A stretch of DNA of 63,990 nucleotides, counting the filler, from Dimargaris cristalligena (lineage: Eukaryota), in assembly GCA_003614675.1 (NCBI GenBank). It is 4 parts of 4 records of this genome, joined end to end, with 100 filler letters (N's around TTAATTAATTAA, not from the genome) between each part and the next. Parts side by side here need not be neighbours in the genome. Positions count along the whole stretch, not along the records: positions 1 to 16,805 come from ML002831.1; positions 16,906 to 33,677 come from ML002832.1; 2 more parts are not named here. One strand, given 5' to 3'. This document shows positions 12,938 through 25,672 of this stretch, piece after piece (the first letter of the stretch is position 1; each line of letters starts with the position of its first letter). A model generated the notes under the pieces. It was not told the origin of the DNA. It worked only from the letters and a program-made list of their open reading frames with translations, and did no database searches. Position numbers and translations under genes: made by a program.

Positions 12938-15900
12938 GGCGTCAAAATAAGTTCCGGGATTTGTCTGGGATGGTGGGTGATGGGTCCGAGTTTAGCGGGA
13001 ATGGGCGGAATGATGGGGATGGTTGCACGACTTGAGCGACATGCGATGGCCACTTAATTAGAAATTATGGGGATAGAAAATCTCGGGGTAGGTTATCAAA
13101 GTGAAAGAATGAAAATAGTCAGGATGGCTTAGTGTCGGGAAATAAAGGCTGAGGATTAGTTGGATGGGCTGGAATAGGCCCATGGGGTTCAGGACTCTTC
13201 GCATGAGCTGTTAGGCACCCTGTTTTCAGTAAACCTCGTTAGGCTGAGAATATATGGAATATAGCTCTCTGGCGCTAAATGGCGGATGGGTGTGTTATCG
13301 CCAGTGTCTCTTCGATTATATTTGTGGTAAATGGTTAGGTGGTCTTGGGCCACCACACTTTGCCACTTGATAACATTCCGTAATGTTAGCTGGACCCTCA
13401 AATACAATCATTTGATTATGGTCCTGCTTACTCGAACATCAGGTTTATTAGTGGCTACGTGGCCTTGGGGATCTACGCATTGCCCAGAAGGACTTATAAT
13501 GGTGTGTGTAAGATGGATAATTGCCGCCACTCCCATTAAGTAATATATTGGCCTTAGATAGTAGCACCTTCTGCAATTTCAAAGTACCGAATATTGCACT
13601 TTCCAAACCCACCCCCTCCCCACATATATTACAGATGTAACAGGCAACATCCACCGTAGAAATGTGAAGTCCTCCATATTGGTAAGGATCGAAACCCGGT
13701 TCCCAAGCCAACACGATTTCTGGTATAGACTAATACATAAATTACTCTTAAAGACATTCCCATTGGGGCGAGTATTTTGATAATAGAGAGACAAGTCACT
13801 CTAGATCGAGTGAAATATCCAATGAGGTTCGATTTATCAACCTCATTGGGGGTGGTATAGGTAAATATTTAAGCTATACGCTGGTGGGCTGATGCTTAGG
13901 TTTCTGTATCTCACAGTCCTCGGCACTCCTTCCATCTGCGCCACTAGGGTAAACATCTTGGAGCAATAATGATGCTCTGTTATAGCCAAGATGGTATAGG
14001 AAATGGTCCATGCCACTCGTTCAACGGCCAATTGAGTCTAATGGAGCCACAGGCCCCTCCAGACGTCAGTATTCTATCCAAGGGATTCCATACGTCATTG
14101 AATGGGTCGCCTTTAGGCACCCGGTGGCGGACCGCCCCCGCCCCCAAGGCGATCTATAGTCATTGTATACAATACTGGGAAGCAACCATTGCCCAAACAC
14201 TTCTAACCACTCCCAAGAGTGTGAAGTCGCCCCAATGCCGAGTGTATACTTTTAGCCCATATTTATGCCCTATTTGCTCCCAAAATGCTCATTTAGGACT
14301 AGCATATATACATGTAGAAATATGTTTACGCTAACTAGGCCGTCGTATCGTTATAAAGCATCACCGAGTTACAAGGCCACTCCAGAGGTTGAGTTTTATG
14401 TAACATTGGTCCATTCCAGTGTATTGCTTATGCATTCGTTATAAGGCGTGTATCTATGAATCAGCAAGAACACTGTGGATTCATTTCGAATCGAGGCAAC
14501 AACAAAACAGGAACTTCTAGATTTTCTACTGTTCACCCCGTTTTTCTTCACCCTTGTATACCGTTGCCTTGAGAACGTGGTCAAAATTCTGGATACTAAG
14601 GAATAGGGGATGGCTATGCAGTTGATATATTGGGAAATAGGGTAGACTCTATCAGGGAGCCATTCTACTCTATACAATCGGTCTATTGTCCGAATAATTC
14701 CTGTGGATAGGATTAAAGTCCGTTTGTCCAGTAATGCTAATACCTAATTGTGAATGTCAACGGTTGGTCGGAAGACCCTGTTGCCAGCTGGTAAAACGCA
14801 ACATACTATAAATCGCCGACGGAACAAAGGCTATCGGGGTATGCCAAACGAATCGATCGAGAACTTCAGGGTTAAGTGCGATGGAGCCCCTATTGGGATA
14901 GCACAAATATGGCCTAAAGTGGACAAAGGGGTGTGGTGGGGATTACCCGACTCAGACCAAGCCAGCTGACCATTCAGGAGGCCCTTATTTGCGATCCCCC
15001 CCCACACGAAAGCCTGTTTATCGACAATTCCGGTTAATCTCTTTTGCGGGTCTAAACCTCATCGGTCCTTTGCTACGTAATCCGGTTTTGTCGTCACCCA
15101 CGTAACCCATGGCGATTCTCCATTAGGATTGAGTAGACCGACCAGATGAGGGGCCAAGTTAGTCAGTTGGGAAGCGAGAAAGGGGGGTGGGGGCGCTCGA
15201 TGACAGTGGGGCCGTGCTGCACCCCATCGTATCCGACCCCCAATCCCTGTAGAAATAGCAATTATGGGGTGGTGGGTTTATGTAGGGACCACGCCATGGA
15301 ACCATCGGTCGGCCATGGCAGCAGTATGGGGCAAGGGGCGATGCGTTTTCTCCTTCATGATATCCACCGTACGTTCTTCACTTCATGAATTCAACCGCCA
15401 TGCGCTCTTGGAATGGCCCCAGATCGGGATTCGTCCGCCTGAAAATCGATGACGCTGGCCCTGGGTAATTAGCCTATTGTGGGTCCCCACACCTATCCTC
15501 CTCTGCGATACCATGTGCATCTTGTAGAGTAATTAGACCAGTTGTTCCACGCCTGGCTTACGGGTAACTTCCGCGGAACGAGTGTGGAGTGGGGAAATTA
15601 TCCCTAGTATTCTCCTCCTTGGCACACACACATATATATCATACCCCATGTACTCGACGTGGTTTCAAACTGCGAAGTACTTTTTATTCGATAAAAAGGG
15701 CCACTCCGTATCAGGTAGTTATCCAACCTCACGTATCAATATATAATGCCATAATTTAAGGGAACACTGCCGGAGCCAATTATACTATTGAAAGGCATGG
15801 TTATAAAAAGATCGGAAACCATGGTGTCAGTGACTCAAAATTCACACCAGTAATCCTATAGTGTCAGGCGGTACAGACTCACCCAGTTCAGTACCCCACA

Positions 15901-16585
15901 ATTCACTGTAAACCATTGTCTCCAGAATAGAGTGTATGTCGAGCCTTATGATCCATGTTCACTGTAACCATGGTCTTCGGAAAATAAATAAGAGGTTCCG
16001 TATCCCTAGGAGCTGTACCTCCCATTTAACTGTGTGCCCCATTTCGGTCTCTTTTCCCTGTCCATTCGATAATTAGTTGTTGATTATTATTTTCTTTTAA
16101 AAAAAAGACTTGCTCCAGCCTTTATAATGATGTACATTAAAGCACCACTCACCTGCTTAATTATAGTATCTCGATATATTTCGATGCGGCCCTATTTTTC
16201 ATATTACGTACTGCCTTCCCCCCTTTCCTTAAGCGGTTCCCACCCAGACTGGGCAGCTTGCCGGTTGGCCGTTAAAATCGAAAATTAAGCCCTAAATCCC
16301 TGATGAGTTTGCTCAGTCGACCTGATTCCTAATGGCATATTATAGGATGCGTGTGCATATGTTCTTTTGGGGGAAAAGAGAAAAGGGCATGGTGCGTCCC
16401 TATTGCTGCCATATTTTTTATACGGCTAATTATGGTGCTGATGTGGAAATACGTAGAAATGCGAGTAGATAATCCATATTTTTATGAGTTTGTGACAACG
16501 GTAACGGGGCGATGATGCCGTTAGAGTTTGGGTTTATGTGCGTTTGGCAGGTCTATCAACGAATTGACGTGACCCGGCTGGGTCA

Positions 16586-16630
16586 ATATGGGTAAAGTTC
16601 AACCCGACTATATAGGGTAAAATCCATATA
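16586..16630 (+). mobile_element. Partial MITE-like copy (left terminal repeat)
   Basis: ATATGGGTAAAGTTCAACCCGACTATATAGGGTAAAA resembles the left end of the family. Confidence 0.5.
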
Positions 16631-16805
16631 AGGGGGCCATCATATTTAGGTCACGTGACCTTTAGAGGACGGACATAACCTTCCCCCCCCTATATTATCC
16701 ACCCATCCATCGCCGCCAACATAAGCCAAGGAGACTTGGCCTATATTGCGATGGGAAGGGGGTACGCCCAGAAAGGGCAGGGGCAGCACTGGTACTCAAT
16801 TGAGT

Positions 16806-16905
16806 NNNNNNNNNNNNNNNNNNNNNNNNNNNNNNNNNNNNNNNNNNNNTTAATTAATTAANNNNNNNNNNNNNNNNNNNNNNNNNNNNNNNNNNNNNNN
16901 NNNNN
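16806..16905. other. Artificial assembly linker N44-TTAATTAATTAA-N44
   Basis: Exactly 100 nt; the central 12-mer has stops in all six frames; identical to the other two linkers. Confidence 0.97.
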
Positions 16906-16965
16906 TAATATTGGCCGAATCTAATGGATTTTTCGTTATACAGCTTGGATGAACTTCTCCCATAT
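16906..16965 (+). mobile_element. Partial MITE-like copy (right half, truncated at contig edge)
   Basis: TAATATTGGCCGAATCTAATGGATTTTTCGTTATACAGCTTGGATGAACTTCTCCCATAT is nearly identical to 32515-32574. Confidence 0.8.
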
Positions 16966-17275
16966 CCTCGCCATCTTATTCAGTCTACGTCATGTGGGTG
17001 GATGGGACTGTGATTGCCGCCACACTACTGCTAGGTGTCTCTCCCCACCGCTCGCCCTCCATATATATCACACACCTCATACTACCCACCTGAGTCACCA
17101 CCACCAACCTACTGCTATATCTTCTCACCTACCCCGCTCCTCCTGTTTCCTTATCCCAGTCCCTTTACCTTCTTTATAGCCTTTTAGCATACCCGTCCCC
17201 CCCTCACCTTACTCTTTATATCTCTTTTATATTTGAACTAGTATTTCCGTTATATACACCCTGCACTTGTTCAAC

Positions 17276-19071
17276 ATGTCGCTCGAAAAGTTCTTCAACG
17301 CCATTGACGCCAACCAGGACATCTACGTCCAGCGTCTAAAGGAAATCGTGGCCATTAAGAGTATCAGCGGGGAACCCGAATGCCGTGCCGACACCATCTT
17401 CATGGGCGAATGGTTCCTGGCTGAGCTCGAACGTCTCGGTGCTAGGTAAGCTTAACATAGGGCCAGAACCAAGGCAGTCTTGGGTCTCACTTCGCCGAAA
17501 CCCTCCCCCCTCCTTTTGACCTGACCTGCAGTAGGGTATTATTGACCCGGCCTCAGTGCCCACTGCATTGGTGGTGGTTGTCTTCTCTCTGCGCAGAGGC
17601 CGGCTCTAACCTCTAGTTAATTAAGGCGGTAATGACACATTATAATGCACATGGTCGAAGTAACGACTTATACTAGCGCTATGCTCCGAGAGAGAGGGAG
17701 AGAAAGGGTTATTTACATATGGGATCATCCCTCCCTGACTGTATATCAAGTAACTCATGACCTGCCGCTTTCGTACCCCTTTCTATTCCGGTTCAATACC
17801 CTTAATTCCTTAGCACCAAGCGCGTGGAACCTGGTACGCAGGAGATTGGCGGCCGTACCCTGCCTCTCCCTCCCGTGGTCCTGGCTACCTACGGCACGGA
17901 TCCCCTGAAGAAGACCGTGTTGGTCTACGGGCACTACGACGTACAGCCCGCCCTCAAGGAAGACGGCTGGACCACGGATCCCTTTACCTTGACCGAAGAT
18001 AAGGAGGGTCGCTTGATCGGCCGTGGCTCTACCGACGATAAAGGTCCCGTGCTGGGCTGGCTGTGCGCCATTGAGGCCCACCAGCAGATTGGCCTGGAGC
18101 TGCCGGTCAATGTCAAATTCTGCTTCGAAGGTATGGAAGAGAGCGGCAGTGAAGGCTTGGATGCCGTCATTGTGCAGGAAGCCCAGGCCTACTTCAAGGA
18201 TGTTGACTGCGTGTGCATCAGCGACAACTACTGGCTGGGTAAGACCAAGCCCTGCCTGACCTACGGTCTGCGGGGGGTGAGCTACTTCATGGTGTCCGTC
18301 AAGGGACCGGCCGCCGATTTGCACTCGGGCGTGTTCGGTGGTACCGTCCACGAACCCATGACCGACCTGGTGCAGTTGTTCAGCAAGCTGGTGGACTCGC
18401 AGGGCCGTATTTTGATCCCCGGCATCATGGACCAGGTGGCCCCCCTTACCGACGAAGAACGCAAACTCTACGACGGTTTGGAATTCGACACCGCGGACCT
18501 GCGCGCGGCCCTGGGCACCGAAACCGAAATCCACGACAACTCGATTGACTCGCTGATGCACCGCATGCGCTACCCTTCCCTGTCGATCCACGGTATCGAA
18601 GGTGCTTTTTACGCCCCCGGGTCCAAGACCGTGATCCCCTCCAACCCCATTGGTAAATTCTCGATCCGGTCCGTGCCCAATATGGACCCCGCCCGGGTGA
18701 CCGAACTGGTCAAGGCCTTTTTGGACGCGGAGTTCGAAAAACTCGGCACCAAAAACACTCTGGAAGTCTCCTGCGACCACGCCGGCCGACCCTGGTTCAG
18801 TTCCCCCAACCACTGGAACTTCGTGGCCGGGGCCCGCGCCGTGGAAAGTGTGTACCAGCTGAAACCCGATTTGACCCGCGAGGGCGGCAGTATCCCCGTC
18901 ACTTTGACTTTCCAGGAAGCCCTGGATAAGAACGTGCTCCTGCTGCCCATGGGTGCTTGCGATGACGGGGCCCATTCCATCAACGAGAAGGTCGATCGCC
19001 GTAATTTTGTGGAGGGCATTAAAATGTTCGGATCGTACTTCCACGAACTGGCCAAGGTGGTTATGGAGTAA
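17276..19071 (+). CDS. DUG1: Cytosolic non-specific dipeptidase, peptidase M20 (Cys-Gly metallodipeptidase DUG1/CNDP2); exons 17276-17445 and 17814-19071
   Basis: Motifs VYGHYDVQPA, GRGSTDDKGPV, FEGMEESGSEG, ISDNYW, DLHSGVFGG, TREGGSIP, DDGAHSINEK. The GTAAGC...TAG intron 17446-17813 restores the frame. Confidence 0.96.
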
Positions 19072-19950
19072 GGAACCACCAACTCGCATTTTATTGAGCC
19101 TGACTATTTGGACAGCCCATTATCATCGGTTTAAGGCTTTTGGAGGGGGAGAGGAGAGCGCAGATGTAGGCTATTCCTCTACATCATCTACACTTTCGGT
19201 GATCAAGTCGCCCCTTAACTCTTACTATATTACTGCAGCATAACCCATATTCTACTCATTTATATTTCAAGTCGGCCCACTTTCTTCGGATTCCATTTCC
19301 CGTATCTTTAATGGAATTCTACTTGTGTTTTTATCTATTCGGCCAGTACTTATTCCCCCCCTCCTCCCCTTCCTCACCCACTCATCAACTCTCTATAAAC
19401 CTACCATAATCCTAAAACCAGCCGCCGTGATTTTACAACCATCGACAGCGTAGAGACTGGGAAGGAACAGGCCCTATGGAATGTAGAAAGGGAAGGGACT
19501 CCCATTGCCAAGAGGCACGTGATATTATTTATAAGTGATTATTGGCTATTTAACTTGTTTACCAGAAGGCAGACAGATACTAGCGGGCTAAAAATAGGAC
19601 CTGAATGATAAAAGGGTTGTGTTTACACATTGGGTCAGAGGTTAATTATACACTAATACTCGTTACATTCACCACGAACTAAGACTTGCAAACACAGCTA
19701 GTTTATCGTGAAAAATCGGCAGTCTATTTCTTTCAAGTCTGCTTGTCCAGAGACCAATCCAAAGCAGAATTCACCTATTCGACCTTTGGGGCGATTGCCT
19801 TTTTATTTTCTCCATTTTGCACTTATAGACATTGCCTATTTACCCCTTAGCCTTTTCATTTCGACCAGTTCCAGCCACTTCCTTGCAGAATCTTAGCTCT
19901 TGGGCATTGTTTTTTTCTTGTGAAGTCAGTGGCCCACCTCCATTCCAACC

Positions 19951-21270
19951 ATGTCCCGGCCCGGCGTTAACCGGAGGAATGTTCCTCAGACAGCAACTGC
20001 TGACGACCCGAACCGCTGGCTAAGCAGTTACCAATTGGAATATACCTGGAAGGTACGGGATGAACCGATTCAGAAGGCAACCAACCATGTAGGTTCGTCA
20101 GCCACCACCCAATCGCAACCCCCAACTTCTTCAGCATCGCCTCATTCTTCCCAATCGCCGTCCACAGCTCAGTCTGCGACACTGGGCTCTGCCCAACATA
20201 TGCACTACCAGATATGTGCTAAATCAATGGCAGACTCCCGGACCAGCCAACCACCACCACCGCTCTCAGCGGATGCAGTGGCGGCGGGTCTTTACCACAC
20301 CTGTCCAACTTGTGTAAACCTACCCCCGAATTACATACCGCCTGTATCCGACCGGAACCATCACCATCACAACCAACATCCACATCCACATCAGCATCAA
20401 CTTCACTATCATCACCATCCTTCGTCACACCCCCACTTTCCGCACCGTCACCCGTCTTCTTTTCGGCCACATCGCCCCAAGGCCGCCCCGACTAAACCCC
20501 GGCTAGGTCGGCGGGTTCTTTCGGCGAGCGCAGCGCTGGGCTCCCATCGCTCAAACTCCGCTCACGCCGGAAACCCAAGGAATGGTGTTTCAAATGGCCA
20601 GGCTGATTCAGCGGATGACTGGGAGTCAATTGTGGATGATACGACTACATCCCCTCGTCATGGTGATGGGATACATCACCGGTCATCCAATTCACCCGCT
20701 GGCTTAGCGACTACTAAACCATCACATTCATCCCTTGACTCAACATCAAAGAATTCGACGGATGGTCGCCCCACGTTAATACCCGTCGGACCACCACATA
20801 TTCTTCCATCCCAACGACCTATCCATATTTCCGATAATCGCCCACCAACTTCTGATTCAACGCCCACCGCCAGCGGTAGTGGTGGTTTATTCACCCACTT
20901 GCAAGAGTATATTGCACATAATACCACCCAGATCCAAACCAACGTCACCTTATTGGATGAGTTGAACGAACGGATGGCTAACAATGTGAAGCGACTTAAG
21001 CAGCAACAGAAAACTCCGCTCCAATCCGGACCAGATCAGACCCAGCCATATCCCAGTACATCATCCGCGCCGCGGTCCCATCGGCCGGCACCATTGTCGT
21101 CCATGCCTACCTACCGTGATACTTCGCCAGTGATGGCACCCTTAACTTCGACAAAAGTGGGTAAAGTGGACAGCCAATCGGCCAACTCCCGGATTCGGGA
21201 GATTTCCAAAGAGGCCGCCAATACCATTCGGATTTTGAAATTTGCACTGGCTCCTCCCATGGCTCAGTAG
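19951..21270 (+). CDS. Hypothetical low-complexity protein (His/Pro/Ser-rich, short predicted coiled coil near the C-terminus), 439 aa
   Basis: Long uninterrupted ORF with ATG in ACCATG context. His-rich tract and helical segment LQEYIAHNTTQIQTNVTLLDELNERMANNVKRLKQQQ. No family recognised. Confidence 0.65.
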   Translation: MSRPGVNRRNVPQTATADDPNRWLSSYQLEYTWKVRDEPIQKATNHVGSSATTQSQPPTSSASPHSSQSPSTAQSATLGSAQHMHYQICAKSMADSRTSQPPPPLSADAVAAGLYHTCPTCVNLPPNYIPPVSDRNHHHHNQHPHPHQHQLHYHHHPSSHPHFPHRHPSSFRPHRPKAAPTKPRLGRRVLSASAALGSHRSNSAHAGNPRNGVSNGQADSADDWESIVDDTTTSPRHGDGIHHRSSNSPAGLATTKPSHSSLDSTSKNSTDGRPTLIPVGPPHILPSQRPIHISDNRPPTSDSTPTASGSGGLFTHLQEYIAHNTTQIQTNVTLLDELNERMANNVKRLKQQQKTPLQSGPDQTQPYPSTSSAPRSHRPAPLSSMPTYRDTSPVMAPLTSTKVGKVDSQSANSRIREISKEAANTIRILKFALAPPMAQ

Positions 21271-21630
21271 AGTGGTCTTGAATTGTCGTATATGTAATGA
21301 CAGTGGCCCTTGGTGGAGCGTCGTTTCATCAACAATTATATACTCCGCACACCCCTCCTTTTACTTCACTTTACGCCTATTACTTCTATTGCTATTGCTC
21401 ATAACTCAGCATACTTCCACCGGTATTTGGATTTATAGCTATTTACTAGGCGGACATTTTAATAATGGCCTCGAATGCTTCTTGGCCAGTGTGGCCCAAT
21501 TATCTTTGTTAGTTATCTGTATAATTATAAATCAACTAGAATACCAATTCGCAACGACTTTGGAATGCCAGCATAGCACCAAGTAGAATTATAGTGTGTT
21601 ACGGTTTTGCATTTGTGTGAATACAATGCG

Positions 21631-23197
21631 TTAGTGATAGTGGCGATTCAGCACGTCTTTGGTGAACTGAGCAAAGGTATATCCCTTGCACAGCTCGTCG
21701 TGAACGGTCGGTTGAATAAAGACGGCAAACGTATTGCGCGATAAACTACTAGCCGGGGGACCGGATGCTTCATTTGTTGGACAATTGGGGGAAATGCCTC
21801 GAACGCAATGCGGGGTAGCCAGTAGTCGACCTGCCGATACAATTTCCAAGGCCTCGCCGGTCTGGAAGGCCAGAGCGTCGTCAGGGATCCGAACCTTTTG
21901 TAAGGTAAAAATAATAATAGAGATTACAAGATCCACATTTCGTGAAAATAGCGGGATATTAGAATATAGAGACAGGCACACTGTAATTACAAGACGCTAT
22001 AAGTTCGCCGGTTTCATAGCTAGATGGGGCTTCATAAAATTACTTACCCGGACTACTTTATTCGACCGTGTTTTGATGTACAGTCCTGCCTGTGGGTCCG
22101 GACAGGCTACTGCGGGCAAGTTCGTCTGTAGCTGCTTCGAAGTGTATTGCATTTCTGCCTCACCTAGGCGTTCGCTTTCCGCTAGAGATCGGGTATCAAT
22201 GAATTTGGCGGCCGTTAGTCCGGTGAGACAGGAGTGGTCTAAATGCCACCCGCACCACGAATCGAAATCAGGCGAGTCGTCTTTCGAAGCTGGTGGGGTA
22301 GTTTCAGTAGGATCCTTGTTAGTAGTTGTGGTATTGGCATCAGCCGGCGGGGATTCAGGGAAGTAGTGCAAGAGACGGGCCTTGATGGTATCCGAGTTCT
22401 TGATCAGCGTTTGAAGGAAGGCCGGGTTGTAGTCGGGCACTTTCTGGGCCACTGGAATAAGTTAGAGTCATAGGGAAGTTTCGGGATTTAATCCCTGTTA
22501 TTACTTTCGGTTGAAATAAAGCAAGCAGTAATATGCTTAAATGTTTCACCTGCCAACTGTGTAACTCCTGCACATGTCATAAGGGAATAGGGGAGAGGTG
22601 GGAGTGCGGCCATTATTACACTCTAGTTCGTTCTATTCATTATGACTTACAGTACCTATCGCAGTGGACCGCAATAAGCGAACCCACCTGAACGATCAGC
22701 TGCCCCAATTCCTGAAACGCCTCTTTAAACCCCGGCAGGTGTTCTTCCTGTGGCCACGAGTTGCCAGAGTAATATTCGGGGTACCCTTCCACCAGGGCAT
22801 GGTCAGTAACCACGGCTGCCGCCGCCGACGATGATGATGATGATGATAACAATGCCGCAGGCTGATCCAGTACTGGATTGGCGTAAAACGATCCCTTCCG
22901 CCAGTCCGGTTTACCGTTCATCATTTCCCGCCCGTGACTCCAGCCGAAAAGGAACCGACTCCCCGGGTCAGTTAACCGGTCCTTTTCCGCCGCCGGCAAG
23001 TGAGCTAACCCCGGGGTACGGTCCAATAGGGCGTCGCGGTAGGCCACGAGGTTGGGTATGTTCCGTACGAGAACTAAACCGAGACAGTGGTCCTTTTCCC
23101 CAAAGGCTTCCTCGATGTGGGCGGTGAGGTCTGGGACAGTCGAATCGTCGCCGACGAGGCTGGCAAAGTCGATAATCACGGCACCTTCCGGAGTTTT
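21631..23197 (-). CDS. 2-oxoglutarate/Fe(II)-dependent dioxygenase (IPNS/clavaminate-synthase-like fold); exons 23197-22651, 22451-22048, 21894-21631; first exon and start unresolved
   Basis: GWSHGREMM..DWRKGSFYANP, RLLHYFP, HxD in WCGWHLDHSCLTGL, AFQTGEALE, ATPHCV, SRNTFAVF. Two GTAAGT-AG introns join the ORFs in frame. Confidence 0.88.
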
Positions 23198-25087
23198 CTA
23201 TATTAGTGATGCAAAATAATATGCCCAGAGAATAAGAATGAATACGTGGTATGAGTAGGGTGGATTGGAGGCATGTGTAGTTTTTTAGTTGACTAAAGGC
23301 TGGGGACCGGAAGAGCGCTAGCGGAATGACGGGTTAGGTATTATAGGTCCCGGACCGATAGATACCGAGAGGTACAGATGCACCAAGACTTGCCTCAATT
23401 AGAGACATGTTGTAGTTAACTGGGCCAAGTGAAGGACGTGGATAGACAATTGGGGGCGACTAAGAAGCAAGTCACTTAACAGTATATAAATAATAAATAA
23501 AGGGATTATGAGCTCACTAGGGCCAATAAAAGATAAATGGTTCAGAAAAGAGAACTGCCTTAGACGTAGAAGAGGCTCCTATATAACTAGCAGTCTGCTG
23601 CGCTAGTGAGAGTGACTGTGGTGGTAGTAGTGGGCTGGGGAGGAGATAGTGGCAGAGGCCGTGAGAGGATTCCCGCCCTGCAAAGATCAACTCACGGGGT
23701 AGTGAACTGACTACTTTATTTACTCTCGTGGTCACAATCCCTCCGAGTTTGAAAGTAGGAAGAAAGCCTCGCTCGCTGTGAGAGACTGGTAAATGGAAGG
23801 TGCCTCATTCAGAATATTTACCGTTTGGCAATAACCTACTTGTGAGACCCCATCGCGGCCAGCGCAGGCTTCCAGATTGATTGCTGGGATCCCTTAATAT
23901 AGCTGCTTGGGTGGCTATGTAGCTATATTTTTATATCTCCCGCTGTTTGTACATAATCATTCACAATGGGTATGTGGAAGGGGGGGGATTTGGTATCCTC
24001 TCCCCCAATAGAAGTGTACTACCATCATCCGATGGCGGTCCCGAGATTCATGCAGTAACATCTCTGTAAAAAGACTAGACCTCGTTACCACCACATTAAG
24101 TAGCCGTGGCTCGGGATTTCTCTAATTCCTGAATGCCCGATACCTGTTTCTCGGAATATCTGGTTTGGGGCGGGATAGCCCCTACATTCATAGAGCAACT
24201 ATTATCAGCACGAGCAATACCTGCCAGGTACCGCAGGCATTAACGCAAAGTATGGCTTATTTTTTTATAGTTTTCATAATCTGCATCTTGATTCTGGGAG
24301 GGGATAACCACCGGTCTTAGCGGCGTCTCTGTGCATACTAGCTAGCGTAAGGCCAGTGGTGTAAATTTGAAAATAAATTGGTAATAATTGTTAACATATA
24401 CACTCCCCTTGAATTACTGAAGAAAAGTAGTATGTTCCATAGTTTGGTGAGAGACCTTTTATAGTGAACAGTAATGCTACAAACAACTCCAGTAACTATA
24501 TTGGAAATATCAGCTGACATTGTATGTCTTATATGGGGGTTTGCCTCCTCTCGGCAAGGGTCTAGTACCTCAGTAACTGTAGCCAGGACTGTCTACAAGT
24601 CCATCCCTCAATGCTTTCTATCCATATATTTTTTCATTTGTATTATCTGCCCACGTATTCCTTAGCTATATAACCTTACTACTAACGAATTCATAACAGC
24701 CTCAAAGTACCCCCTATATAGTGCAGTATGGTAGGAATGCTATCCAAATGATACGTGCCTATAGGCCTACATGACCGGATAATTTCATATATAAAAAGGA
24801 ATAATAGGATATAGTATGGTGGCGTTTGGGTGACTAAGCACGTCTTTCGGAATCGTATCCATTTAAAAGCTAATTATATGCCAATAACTTGGTGTAATAT
24901 AATAAACCAGCATAATGGTTGTAAAATAATTGATGAGTAGCCAAGTATATTTAAAATTCGTATAGTATAGTAACGGTAATATACTGTCTGGTATCAGGGC
25001 CATCTGTGCCCTCTTCGGAAATACCTGACCTACCAGCCTGCTTATTCTCCGTCAAAAAATAAATAAATTGCAATACACGTTTATTTA

Positions 25088-25672
25088 TTAAAAGTCCTTT
25101 GGTTTTATAACTTCATTACTAGTAGGTACTTCATCCTTCGGGTGGGCATCGGGACACTTGGGTCCCAACGGACAGAAGCCCGTAATATAATTTTGACACG
25201 CGATCCGCCGTACGTGTAGATTCCGGCACTTGGGACCGTGTTTACAGAACCCGCGCGCGTACCACGCGCATTCCTTCCGTTCGGCGTCGGGGTCAATATG
25301 GAGGTAGAGACACGCATCGCCAGCGTAGCATACTTTGTACTGGTTGAAGAATTGGCACTGGGGCATTTTGCGTAAGTTGTAGTTGTGGAGGAAATCGCAA
25401 TCGTCGCCTTTTTTACAGAGGGCCCGCACCCAGTGCTTACATACGACCGATTTGCCCGCCTTGATGTGCTGGTATTGGCAATTGTTACCCTTGTGGCAAT
25501 GGCCCTTGAGGAAGAACTTGCAGATGCCGACATCATCGGTTTTGACGCCTTCGCCGTTGAGGGCTAGCTTGAGTTTGTTAACGGTGTACTCTTCGAAATC
25601 GAGCTGGTAATTGCGGAGGGCAGGCTCGAAATCTACGAGAGTGGCCTGGGCTTGGGCTTGGGCTTGAGCCAT
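25088..25672 (-). CDS. YTH1: Cleavage/polyadenylation factor YTH1 / CPSF30 (five CCCH zinc fingers)
   Basis: VVCKHWVRALCKKGDDCDFLHNYNLRKMPQC, CAWYARGFCKHGPKCRNLH, CQNYITGFCPLGPKCPDAHPK. Confidence 0.93.
   Translation of the reverse strand: MAQAQAQAQATLVDFEPALRNYQLDFEEYTVNKLKLALNGEGVKTDDVGICKFFLKGHCHKGNNCQYQHIKAGKSVVCKHWVRALCKKGDDCDFLHNYNLRKMPQCQFFNQYKVCYAGDACLYLHIDPDAERKECAWYARGFCKHGPKCRNLHVRRIACQNYITGFCPLGPKCPDAHPKDEVPTSNEVIKPKDF

Noticed and set aside
13190-16500. Gene-poor stretch with many short ORFs, checked for transposase, RT and integrase motifs
   Set aside because: None recognised.
16850-16861. TTAATTAATTAA as a biological motif or repeat
   Set aside because: Embedded in symmetric N runs three times; an assembly spacer.
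17755-19089. 444-aa antisense ORF over DUG1, and similar antisense ORFs over RasGAP, AP-2 mu and SEC16
   Set aside because: Shadow frames expected from C/G-ending codon bias of the real genes; no recognisable motifs.
23575-23900. Possible structured ncRNA (several pairable stems, TGAGAG and CAGAA reminiscent of RNase P)
   Set aside because: No convincing RNase P/MRP P4 helix, SRP helix-8 or U3 box motifs, and composition resembles the C-rich promoters of neighbouring genes. An Rfam scan would settle it.
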